DNA of 32,911 bases from a virus (Duplodnaviria; Caudoviricetes), in the IMG/VR virus record IMGVR_UViG_3300027367_000005, positions 1 through 32,911 of that record; one strand, given 5' to 3'. Every line of letters starts with the position of its first letter. Position 1 is the first letter of the stretch. The translations under genes and the position numbers were made by a program. This document shows positions 17,933 through 27,268 of this stretch, piece by piece. The notes under the pieces were generated by a model. The model ran no database searches and was not told the DNA's origin. It saw only the letters and a program-made list of their open reading frames with translations.

Positions 17933-18204
17933 TGAGTCTATTTAAAGATCTATTAGTATATAAACGTAAGCGATTATACAAGATTTCCAAACATAGGAAA
18001 GATGATAATGTTAACGTTAAGTATGATTACAAGAAACATGGTTTAATTAATAAACAAGTATCTCCTCATATTAGGAGAAATCAAACAATGAGAGAATTTC
18101 TTTTATTTGTTAATGATTATTTTTTAGCGCTGTTAGATCAGGTTAGATCTTTAAAGAATTTTAATAACTTTACGGTAGAAAAAGACGACGAAAGAACTAG
18201 ATAA
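17932..18204 (+). CDS. small basic hypothetical baseplate-region protein (90 aa)
   Basis: TAATG-coupled to the gp6-like gene; SPHIRRNQTMREFLLFVNDYF recalls the N-terminal helix of gp7/gpI-like proteins. Confidence 0.7.
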   Translation: MSLFKDLLVYKRKRLYKISKHRKDDNVNVKYDYKKHGLINKQVSPHIRRNQTMREFLLFVNDYFLALLDQVRSLKNFNNFTVEKDDERTR

Positions 18205-18205
18205 T

Positions 18206-21007
18206 ATGTGGAATAATTTAAGATTCTTTAACGGTACGCAATCAGAACTACAATTAGTTCAGGATGAAGATGGTATATGGGAAGGGCAAGTATATCTCCC
18301 TGAGGTATCTACTAATCTATATGAAACAGTAAACCTATTCATTTTAGAAGAGTGTTTGTATAATGGCGATGCTGTTATTAATAAACCTCTTTCTCCTGAT
18401 GGTATACTTACATCATTAGATTTTAGTTGGGAAAACTTAAGAGTTGACCAATCTAAAGATGTCATCATGTATGGTATGAGATATGATGATACTAACAATG
18501 CTTTTGTAAAAGAGCTTAAAACCCAATCATGGGGATTTGGACCTTCTGATACAATAGTTTCACAAGATGCTAATTACTTAAAGACTATTAATAACAACTT
18601 AAATTCAGGAATACAAATTAATATTGCAGTATCTTCTGAAAATCCTGGTATTCATAAAAGAATTTTACAGATTAAAGCTGGAGATTTAGTTGTAGCAAGA
18701 ATAGAGTTTTATGGAGAAGTTGAAGCAGAAGATGAAAGACTAAAAATCTTACTAGGTAACTTAGGTGCTTCATTAGAAGCAGAAGACTTTATGATTTTTA
18801 AGTCTCATGATATTTCTGAGATGCATCCTGATTATCAACTATTAAACCAAAAGAGAAAAGAAATGTTATTAGAACTTAATAACATTAAACCTTTTGTTGG
18901 GACATATAAAGCAATCTTAAATGCTATTGATTTCTTTGGCTATGATAAGATTACACTTAAAGAATACTGGATTAATGTAGATAACTCATCGAGAACCTTT
19001 GGTAAGTTACATGCAATCCCAGTACCTAACTCATCTGTTAGAGGTGAAATGACTAGAAAGAGACTAAGATTCAAAGTACCTTCTAAAACACAAAAGAAAA
19101 CTAGTAGGTTTTCATTAGTTTATAGACTAAATGAACCTAACGGAACTTTCGATCAATGGGATTTTGCTAATGTTGATGAGGTCTTTGATTTCACACCAGA
19201 AGAAGTCTTAATTAAGTTATATGGTTTAAAGAATAGATTACAAAGAGATTTCTTACCATTAGAAGCTAAGATAGTAGATATTACAGGAGAGGGTGACTAT
19301 TTTACTCAAAAGAATGTAAACATGTGGAAGATTCAAAATCCAATTGGATTCTTTACAGAGGGACATAGGGTTAAATTTGATATATGGCCAAGAGATAGAG
19401 ATCTTTTTATTGAAGATACTTCAATGGTTTTAAAATCAACATTAGATCAAGATGATGCAGCTAGTAGTTATGATACATTCCTAACACTAGGTGTTGGTAA
19501 CGAGGCTAATTTAACAAACATTCAAAGATCTGAAGAAAAAAGTGTCTTTGAAAGTTTTTATGATTCTTATCATGATAGATCAATAGAATCATATAACCAA
19601 AACTTTTCACAAACTAATATACCAATAGGCTGTCCTGTTATTCTAGATTCTACAGAGTCTTGGGATGATATTTGGGATGAGGCTACTTTTGTATGGGATG
19701 ATGCAGTTGATGCAAACCAGAACTTAAAAGTAACTTGGAACAACTGGTATAAAAGATGGGTTTATGAAATTGAGTGGATTATTGACGGACCAAATGATTT
19801 TCATCAAGAATATAGAGGACCTGTTGATTACTTAGATGCTAATGGACTTGTTGTTGATGACTATAAAAGATTACCAATTACTTTACCATACGTTGGAAGC
19901 TACACAGTAGAGATGAGAATGTATGATTTATTTGGACACATGTCTTACTATAAGAAATCAGATCTATTTGAAGTTAAATTAAAAGAATTAGAATTATACG
20001 GAGTTTACAAATGGTTAGAAACTGATGCAAAGGGTAATACAACTCCATGGAATCTTAAATCTTTAGACTGGGATATGTCTGGAGGTTACTGGGATATGCC
20101 ACAAGACAATACCCAAAAGGTAGAAGATACTATTGCAACTTTATACCAAACCCTAGACAGAGCAAACTATGTGCATTTTGAAGAGGATCAAGGTGTTAGA
20201 TTTTCTACAGTTAGTAGATTTGGTGATGTGTTTTCAGATACTGGATATTCAGAAACAACAGGGCCTTATCAATGGGACGAGTGTAGTTTCAGATGGAAAG
20301 ATACCGTGCATAACTGGTGGGAGAACTTAAGAATTGGACCAGACTTAACATCATCTTTTAAAATAGATTGGATTGAACAAGGTGATATATTAGCAATTAC
20401 ACACAAGAACCCAACAACTGGCGTAGAAAGAATAGGTTCTCATACGATTATATCTCCAACACCAACTGGTGTAAATGATGTAGACGGTTGGAAATTAATT
20501 GCAAATGAATTAGAGGCATCAATAGATCCTGTGATTTCAAAATTTAACTATAACCCTGTATTTAAAGATATAGACTCTGATAATGACATAGATACTAATG
20601 ATCAGTTTTACTATATTATATGCAGTGGACAAGAGTATTCAAAAACGTATGATTTTGAATCTGTTACAATAGATACAGAATCTCCTACTTCGGCAATAAG
20701 CGGAGAGGTCCATGTGGTTCACTATAATCCAACATGGGATAACGTAAAAGTATTTAAAAATTATGCTGTGGTCGAAAGATCAACGCATTTAACTATATCA
20801 ACTGACATTTCTAAGTTTCCTGGTGCTAGAAAGCCAATATGGACTATCACCAATATAACTAACCCAGAAATCAATGATATATACTATAATAATATGTGGC
20901 TTACTTACATTTTTCAGGAACCGGGTGAATACTCGATACAACTGGAAGCTGAAGACACGTATGGAAATAAGAACGTTGTAAAACGCAACATGTTAAAAGT
21001 AAAATAA
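18206..21007 (+). CDS. baseplate wedge protein, gp7 / P2 gpI-like core with PKD/Ig-like modules and Trp-periodic segments
   Basis: KPFVGTYKAILNAIDFFGY...LKEYW resembles the gpI/gp7 KGT..ai...l...G motif; LPYVGSYTVEMRMYD and FQEPGEYSIQLEAEDTYGN are PKD-like; located after gp6. Confidence 0.6.
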   Translation: MWNNLRFFNGTQSELQLVQDEDGIWEGQVYLPEVSTNLYETVNLFILEECLYNGDAVINKPLSPDGILTSLDFSWENLRVDQSKDVIMYGMRYDDTNNAFVKELKTQSWGFGPSDTIVSQDANYLKTINNNLNSGIQINIAVSSENPGIHKRILQIKAGDLVVARIEFYGEVEAEDERLKILLGNLGASLEAEDFMIFKSHDISEMHPDYQLLNQKRKEMLLELNNIKPFVGTYKAILNAIDFFGYDKITLKEYWINVDNSSRTFGKLHAIPVPNSSVRGEMTRKRLRFKVPSKTQKKTSRFSLVYRLNEPNGTFDQWDFANVDEVFDFTPEEVLIKLYGLKNRLQRDFLPLEAKIVDITGEGDYFTQKNVNMWKIQNPIGFFTEGHRVKFDIWPRDRDLFIEDTSMVLKSTLDQDDAASSYDTFLTLGVGNEANLTNIQRSEEKSVFESFYDSYHDRSIESYNQNFSQTNIPIGCPVILDSTESWDDIWDEATFVWDDAVDANQNLKVTWNNWYKRWVYEIEWIIDGPNDFHQEYRGPVDYLDANGLVVDDYKRLPITLPYVGSYTVEMRMYDLFGHMSYYKKSDLFEVKLKELELYGVYKWLETDAKGNTTPWNLKSLDWDMSGGYWDMPQDNTQKVEDTIATLYQTLDRANYVHFEEDQGVRFSTVSRFGDVFSDTGYSETTGPYQWDECSFRWKDTVHNWWENLRIGPDLTSSFKIDWIEQGDILAITHKNPTTGVERIGSHTIISPTPTGVNDVDGWKLIANELEASIDPVISKFNYNPVFKDIDSDNDIDTNDQFYYIICSGQEYSKTYDFESVTIDTESPTSAISGEVHVVHYNPTWDNVKVFKNYAVVERSTHLTISTDISKFPGARKPIWTITNITNPEINDIYYNNMWLTYIFQEPGEYSIQLEAEDTYGNKNVVKRNMLKVK

Positions 21008-21014
21008 ATATAAA

Positions 21015-21578
21015 ATGGCAAACATTACTGAAATTTTAGGTACAGATTCGGTATCATCTTCGAGACCAACTATCAATAGTAATTTCGAATTATTGAATGA
21101 CGAATTAGCATCTGTAACAGCTCTTTTAAACCCTGTGACTGGAGTCTTAAGCGGTTTAACATCTGCTACAGCACAACAACTGAGTATCGTAGACGGAACA
21201 ACATTATTTGTTGTAAATACTAACGGTGCAACTGTTGCTACTGCTGCAACTTTTTCTAGCTCGATTAATCTTGGTGGTTCAATCATCAAGTCTGGTGTTG
21301 TTGGTTCTGCAACAAATGCAGCAACAAACGATGCACCAAGTGTTCTAGATAAAGGCACATACTTTATTGATACCAACTTCGTGGTTCCTGTAGGAGTCGA
21401 TGGACAAGAAGTAACATTCATAAGTGTGGCATCAGCATCGCTATCATTAGGTGCAAATACTGGAGCTTCTTTACAAGCAACAAGTATTACATTGGACGCA
21501 GTTAACTCAACAGTTACACTTAGATCCTTTGATGCAAAATGGTACGTAGTAGCTTCTCACAAAGCAACGATAGTATAA
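21015..21578 (+). CDS. short fibre / baseplate appendage protein
   Basis: N-terminal DSVSSSRPTINSNFELL matches the D....R..IN.NF..L attachment motif of T4 gp9/gp10-like and fibre proteins; Ala/Thr/Ser-rich body; C-terminal VTLRSFDAKWYVV. Confidence 0.6.
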   Translation: MANITEILGTDSVSSSRPTINSNFELLNDELASVTALLNPVTGVLSGLTSATAQQLSIVDGTTLFVVNTNGATVATAATFSSSINLGGSIIKSGVVGSATNAATNDAPSVLDKGTYFIDTNFVVPVGVDGQEVTFISVASASLSLGANTGASLQATSITLDAVNSTVTLRSFDAKWYVVASHKATIV

Positions 21579-21601
21579 ATTAAACAAAACCGAAACTGTA
21601 G

Positions 21602-23539
21602 ATGGCAACTCCGTTAGTTAGAATACCACAGCCGCAAGGCGGCACGATGTATGCATTTGCTTCATCGGCAAGAGACATTACCCGAGCATTCAATAGTGCT
21701 GACATCAATTTTGAATTTAGTAAATATGCTTTACTAGATTTACCTGATTTCACACAGTCTGCAAATGGCCAAAATGCAATTGATTTTCAATTAAATCTAA
21801 AGCAACCTTCTGGTCAACCGTATGTCGCTGGTATGCCGAATGTGGATTTCGCACAAACATTCCAAAATTACGCATTAAATTTAGAAGAACTTCTTTTAAA
21901 CGATGATGACTATGATCCGATCTTACTGCAATCAGATTCAGAAAAGATCTTTTTTAAATGGTTATCTTCTTTAGGGGCAATTGATTTTAGACCTTCAGAT
22001 TCTAACGAATCTTCGACTGGTGATTATGCTGAGAATGATAATGCGATCTTAGGTGGAGCGAACTATGATAGAGTAGTAAAATATTTAGGTAGCATCGACG
22101 CAGAGAATGACGTTGCATACCAAGGTAATACTTATCATGAAGTCTATATTAACGTGCCAACATCGGTAGGTTATACTCCTCAAGTGTTATTTAAGCCCAC
22201 TGACTATAATACAACAGCAACTAAGTTATATCCTAGCGATGTAAATGCTGTAAATATAGAAGGTAGAGAGGGACAAACACACCCAGATCCTAACATTGAC
22301 TTATTACCTATTGTAGATCAATGGACCCTGAACTCAGGACCATATTATGATGTACAAACAAATGCTACAAATTCTGTACAAATTGATTGGGACACTGCTG
22401 CTTATGAGCAGATTCAAAATAATCCAGACATTAAGTCACTATTGGATTATTCAAAAACTGGACAACAGTTCAGATTTAATGCCGTTTTAGTATATTATGA
22501 TTTATATAGCTCTTCTGTACCTGCTAATAGATCTACAAATTTATATGGTATCTTAATACTAGATGATATTACAGATTCTCCAGGACCTGGTTCAAAAATA
22601 CATGAACAAATTAAATTTAAGCCTAACGAAGTAACAGGCCTAAATGGTAATGCATATTCTTTAAAGTTAAATCTTAAATTCAATTCATCTCTTGATAACG
22701 TAGGTGTTGAGACTAGTGTAAATGATTTCACTACATTCTCTATGGATTTATTCATGGACACAACCACAGCGCTTGAGAATGCCACTGATCTACTATTACA
22801 AGCTAATAATAGATATGGCGCACTTGCAGATAGATTTACTAATTTAGAAAATATAATTTTAGGAACAGCTCAAGCTGCTCAACTAGAAGCAAGAATAAAA
22901 GAATTAGAAGATGACTTTACTGCGGCTTCATTACAGTTACAGGATTCAGATGCACTATTAACTTTAATTAATAATGCACATGGTAAGATCAACCAATTAA
23001 TAGATGGAACTATTCCAGTAGAATTACAATATAATACAGATGTAATATTTGCGGGTAAAGGTACTACGGTTGATAAATCAATACCTGGTAAAATTAAAGT
23101 TAATAATGAAATTGAAGGCTATGTAGTATCTGATTTATTTAAATGGGATATTGCTTCTGGTATTACAACTGGAGCTTTAACATCAATTAGCTTATTTGAT
23201 AATTCACAGGCTAATCAATATGGAGTATGGGCTAAATTAAACCTTTACACTAATAGATTAAGTCTAAATAACATATTAAACAACGAGTCACTAAATAGTA
23301 GCCTAGATATATACATTGATGATTCCACTAACGGGTGGAAGAAAGGTCAGGTATTTAAAATAGCGATAGATACTATTGATGTAAATGGTAACAACATAAA
23401 GATTTTAACTAACAAATCTGGAGGTTGGATAAACATCGCTGACATCGACCCATCACAGTTAATAACGACTAAACCTTACATTGAATTGGTTTGTATAGAT
23501 CCAATCAACTATGTATTTGAAGTAGATATTTTAAGATAA
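21602..23539 (+). CDS. large virion structural protein (645 aa) with internal coiled coil
   Basis: Long ORF in the baseplate cluster; heptad segment (LADRFTNLE...LEARIKELE); family not recognised. Confidence 0.8.
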   Translation: MATPLVRIPQPQGGTMYAFASSARDITRAFNSADINFEFSKYALLDLPDFTQSANGQNAIDFQLNLKQPSGQPYVAGMPNVDFAQTFQNYALNLEELLLNDDDYDPILLQSDSEKIFFKWLSSLGAIDFRPSDSNESSTGDYAENDNAILGGANYDRVVKYLGSIDAENDVAYQGNTYHEVYINVPTSVGYTPQVLFKPTDYNTTATKLYPSDVNAVNIEGREGQTHPDPNIDLLPIVDQWTLNSGPYYDVQTNATNSVQIDWDTAAYEQIQNNPDIKSLLDYSKTGQQFRFNAVLVYYDLYSSSVPANRSTNLYGILILDDITDSPGPGSKIHEQIKFKPNEVTGLNGNAYSLKLNLKFNSSLDNVGVETSVNDFTTFSMDLFMDTTTALENATDLLLQANNRYGALADRFTNLENIILGTAQAAQLEARIKELEDDFTAASLQLQDSDALLTLINNAHGKINQLIDGTIPVELQYNTDVIFAGKGTTVDKSIPGKIKVNNEIEGYVVSDLFKWDIASGITTGALTSISLFDNSQANQYGVWAKLNLYTNRLSLNNILNNESLNSSLDIYIDDSTNGWKKGQVFKIAIDTIDVNGNNIKILTNKSGGWINIADIDPSQLITTKPYIELVCIDPINYVFEVDILR

Positions 23540-23540
23540 T

Positions 23541-26500
23541 ATGAACACTAACAATTCCATATCTAATTCCTTAAAGAAGCTTTTAGAAATTAATACTAAT
23601 TCTCTAAAGACATTTGAAAGAATCAACGAAGCAGTAACTACTAATGCGAAATCTATTCCATTAGAAATACTGACCGACGAAGGTACTAAAATAGTATCAG
23701 TTCCTGGGTTTGGTTATATGAAGCAAGAATTACTAAGATTAGATAATAATCTTAAAGCACTTGCTGGATTAGGAAAAGGTAGTACTAAAGTAAAATTACC
23801 AGATGGTACTTTTCAAAATATTATTACAACTTCATTAAAGACTCCTGCTAATGATATTACTACATTAGCTAGACCTACTTCATTTGTATCTAAAGCAAAC
23901 TATTTTGCTGAAGACTTTTTAAACCCAATGTTAACTACGTCTATTGATGTAAGCGGTCAAATACCAAATGACACAGAAAGGATTCTTGTTAAAAGAATTT
24001 TATTCGATGGAACAAATCAAGTTGCTGTAGATTTCTTTAACGAGAATTACAGAAACCAAGATGACATCGATTATTTAACGGCAATTAGAGATATTGTCAA
24101 TAACAATATAGCATATACTCTTGATGAAGAGATGAGAGATATGCCTTATAGAACTACACAATATACTGGAAAGTTTGACGTTCTATCAATTTCAAATTCT
24201 AAGAGAGAAGTTATTGAAGCTGGTGTAACTAAAAAACAGGCTATAAAATTATATACATTAGATAGCTTAACTTATTCAGATAATAATAAAGATCTAGATC
24301 AAACTGAATTACTTCGCGCAGGAGATCAATTGATGGTCACTGGCGGTTCTAAAAACACTAGATATGTAATTGACAAGCTGGATTCTTCAACTAGACAGGT
24401 TGAGCTTAGATTAATTGAAGGCTATGAAGCTATTAAAATCGGTGGAAGTGCTTTATCAATCTATAAGACTGAAGATAACAATTTAAGTATTGAAACTCCA
24501 GTTGGATTTGACGAAAGAATATTAATGTTTGTGAAAGCAATTGATGCTGAATCAAAAATCTTAGCTGAGAAATGGTCTCCAGGTGTTGGATTCTATTCAA
24601 ACGATTTAGAAGTATTACAAGAAGATGGTAGTATTATTTTACTATCAAACTTCTATAAAGATAATGTAGCAGATTTCGGTAAGTTTATTACATCTATTAA
24701 AGAGGATAATATTCCTCCAGCGACAGTTGGTGTTACACCAGATGCTCCTGTATTAGATGGCCAAAACTTTAAAGTAATTCAAATCAACAGACATTTAACT
24801 GAAAATGATGCTGCTGATAAAATTAAGAAATTATCTGCTGATAAAATATCTGTACAAGAGGCTATTAAAAAACTAGATGAAACTATTTCTAAAAAGAGAT
24901 CTGTTATTGCTAGTACTAAATACGCATCTCAAGTACAAAAAGACAAAGATAAGAATGAGTTAATTGCGCTAATTGAAGAAAGATCTTCTGAAGCTAAATT
25001 ATATAATTCTATTGTAACTCAAATACAAGCCTTATCATCTTCGTCAAATGCACAGAAGATTAACCCTAAATATAGAGTTAGAGGTTTCTGGAAAGTACCT
25101 GCTGCAAAACAGGTTGCTGATACATTAGACCAAGAGGTTGTAAGGTTTATTATTCAATATAGATACTTATCAACATCAGGTAAAGCTGCTGACGCTTCTC
25201 AACTTAAGTTTACAGTTGATGGTAGAGAACAATCTGCTATCTTCTCAAACTGGAATGAATATAGAGGTAAAGTTAGACAAAGAGCTAAAACTATTAATAG
25301 CGATGGAACTATCGAAAAGAAGTTTACATGGCAAGCTAGTAAAATAGAAGATGGTCAAGAGATTAACTTTAATCAATTAGATATTGCAATTAATCAAGGA
25401 GAGCTAGTAGAAATTAGAGCTAAATCTGTTTCTGAGGCTGGATTCCCTGCTAACCCAATAATTTCTGATTGGTCAGAACCGGTAACGATTAACTTTCCGG
25501 AAGAAGAAATTGATACAACAGATGTTGCTGCAGTAGTTCAAGTAAATACTGCTGAATTAGCAAAAGTACAAATCACTGAAGAATTAACAGGACAAGGAGT
25601 ATTCACTCACGTTAGTGATGCATTTACTGCAAATGAAAACTATTATGCTCACGTTGCAACTAATATTGCATCAGGATTCTTATCTCCAGAACAAAAGCCA
25701 ATTTCTGTCTATGACAAGATAGCGGAGCTTGAAGCTCAGATTGCTGGACTTAAAGGAACTGTTGAAGCTGAAGTTGGAGAACTTATGGTGAAAGTTGTTT
25801 CAGAAGATGGATCAGTTACTAACATTACTAAAGATACTACAACTCAATTATTTGCAGGATATTATATCGATGAGGTTGCAGATTTAACTGTAAGAAAAGG
25901 ACATATTGTTACTAAGACATTTAAACTACAATTAGAAAATAGCAAATCTACTAAGTTAGAATTAGTTTCTAAACTAATCGGTGATAGAACAAAACCAGCT
26001 TATAGATCTATTAATGTAAACAGTACGGCAAATGCAAAAGGATTTGGTATTGCAAACGAAGATGGTAGTGGAAATACAGCGGTAGATACAAAAGTTGAAA
26101 GAGATATTTATTATCAAGAAGAAGGTAACTATGATTTAGTGCCTATTCAGTATCAAAATATAAATACTGATAATTTTGATTTAACATCAGATGCTCCGTA
26201 TCAATCGGCGCAAAGAAGAGGTCAATTTATCTATAGTAGATATATGGATATTGCAAACCAAACACCACATTATATTACTAAGCCGGTCGGCACAGAAGTT
26301 GCTTCGCCGGAAATATCGGATTATGAACATGGATTAGCCTTTGCTACTGGTTCTGGATCTGGAGCTGGTGCTGGTGAAGAATGGCCAAATTCGGCTGCTG
26401 CAACAGATAGTAATAATAACTTTATATGGTCTGGAGGTTTTGTTGATTACGGTGCAGGGCAAGAATGGAGCAAGAGTCAAGTTAAAGTATCTCCTATTAG

Positions 26501-27200
26501 TTCTGTAAATATTACTGAATATAACTCAGGGTTATTTGTACACAAAGACCACCCTAGTTTAGCTAATATATGGGATGGTGCAAATGCTGGAGGTAACTAT
26601 AGTATATCGGGTGTAGCAGAATCTATGATATTTTCAATGCCTAAAACAGCTACTTTAGCAACAGGAGCTACTTTATTTAGTATCTTCGGTTCTTCGGCTG
26701 ACACAGATAATCAAACTCAAGCTAAACAACAATTAGCATATCACCAAGGTACTAGTTTATATTCACAAACCGCACAGGAACGACCTATGAAAATGTCGTT
26801 TGAAGCAAATGACCAATATATGTTAGGTGGTAAATCATGTGGAGCATTCTTATTTATGTCTCCAGTAAATGCTGATACCCTAAAAGTAACCGGAGAAACT
26901 AAGAGATCTTCTAGAGAAATCAAAGCTAAAAAGGATAACGAATCGAATGCAGTTTCGGTAGATATAGTATTCCAATTTAGAATGACAGATTACTTTGGTA
27001 ATGAGGATTCGATTGACACGGGTAGAATTGGCGGATTTGCTAGACTTGCGTATAATAACTTAACTTATACTAAGAAAATAGGTTTAGATATTTTTGACAA
27101 GTATGGTGAACAGTTCTCATTTGATTTAGAAGTATTCGCGAAGTATAGTCCTAAAGGTAGAAATTTAAACTCTATTAAGGCTGCCAAGTTATTTAGATAA
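23541..27200 (+). CDS. large virion structural protein (1219 aa) with coiled coil and FN3-like segment
   Basis: Long ORF 1 nt after the upstream stop; K/E heptads at about aa 425-500; VEIRAKSVSEAGFPANPIISDWSEPV resembles an FN3 C-terminal strand. Confidence 0.8.
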   Translation: MNTNNSISNSLKKLLEINTNSLKTFERINEAVTTNAKSIPLEILTDEGTKIVSVPGFGYMKQELLRLDNNLKALAGLGKGSTKVKLPDGTFQNIITTSLKTPANDITTLARPTSFVSKANYFAEDFLNPMLTTSIDVSGQIPNDTERILVKRILFDGTNQVAVDFFNENYRNQDDIDYLTAIRDIVNNNIAYTLDEEMRDMPYRTTQYTGKFDVLSISNSKREVIEAGVTKKQAIKLYTLDSLTYSDNNKDLDQTELLRAGDQLMVTGGSKNTRYVIDKLDSSTRQVELRLIEGYEAIKIGGSALSIYKTEDNNLSIETPVGFDERILMFVKAIDAESKILAEKWSPGVGFYSNDLEVLQEDGSIILLSNFYKDNVADFGKFITSIKEDNIPPATVGVTPDAPVLDGQNFKVIQINRHLTENDAADKIKKLSADKISVQEAIKKLDETISKKRSVIASTKYASQVQKDKDKNELIALIEERSSEAKLYNSIVTQIQALSSSSNAQKINPKYRVRGFWKVPAAKQVADTLDQEVVRFIIQYRYLSTSGKAADASQLKFTVDGREQSAIFSNWNEYRGKVRQRAKTINSDGTIEKKFTWQASKIEDGQEINFNQLDIAINQGELVEIRAKSVSEAGFPANPIISDWSEPVTINFPEEEIDTTDVAAVVQVNTAELAKVQITEELTGQGVFTHVSDAFTANENYYAHVATNIASGFLSPEQKPISVYDKIAELEAQIAGLKGTVEAEVGELMVKVVSEDGSVTNITKDTTTQLFAGYYIDEVADLTVRKGHIVTKTFKLQLENSKSTKLELVSKLIGDRTKPAYRSINVNSTANAKGFGIANEDGSGNTAVDTKVERDIYYQEEGNYDLVPIQYQNINTDNFDLTSDAPYQSAQRRGQFIYSRYMDIANQTPHYITKPVGTEVASPEISDYEHGLAFATGSGSGAGAGEEWPNSAAATDSNNNFIWSGGFVDYGAGQEWSKSQVKVSPISSVNITEYNSGLFVHKDHPSLANIWDGANAGGNYSISGVAESMIFSMPKTATLATGATLFSIFGSSADTDNQTQAKQQLAYHQGTSLYSQTAQERPMKMSFEANDQYMLGGKSCGAFLFMSPVNADTLKVTGETKRSSREIKAKKDNESNAVSVDIVFQFRMTDYFGNEDSIDTGRIGGFARLAYNNLTYTKKIGLDIFDKYGEQFSFDLEVFAKYSPKGRNLNSIKAAKLFR

Positions 27201-27220
27201 TATATAGCCTGAGTAAGGTG

Positions 27221-27246
27221 AATATATAATAGAGGAGACATCCTCT
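27221..27246 (+). promoter_or_regulatory. candidate late promoter AATATATA (27221-27228) followed by a perfect 6-bp hairpin AGAGGA-GACA-TCCTCT (27231-27246)
   Basis: Both elements read directly in the 68-nt spacer before the giant ORF. Confidence 0.55.
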
Positions 27247-27268
27247 TGAAAATAGATATGAATAATTA

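Noticed and set aside
2566-21007. Bacterial eCIS/T6SS/tailocin locus rather than a phage
   Set aside because: A gp13-like neck gene, T4-style late motifs and phage-like gene packing, with no T6SS membrane complex or eCIS ATPase in view
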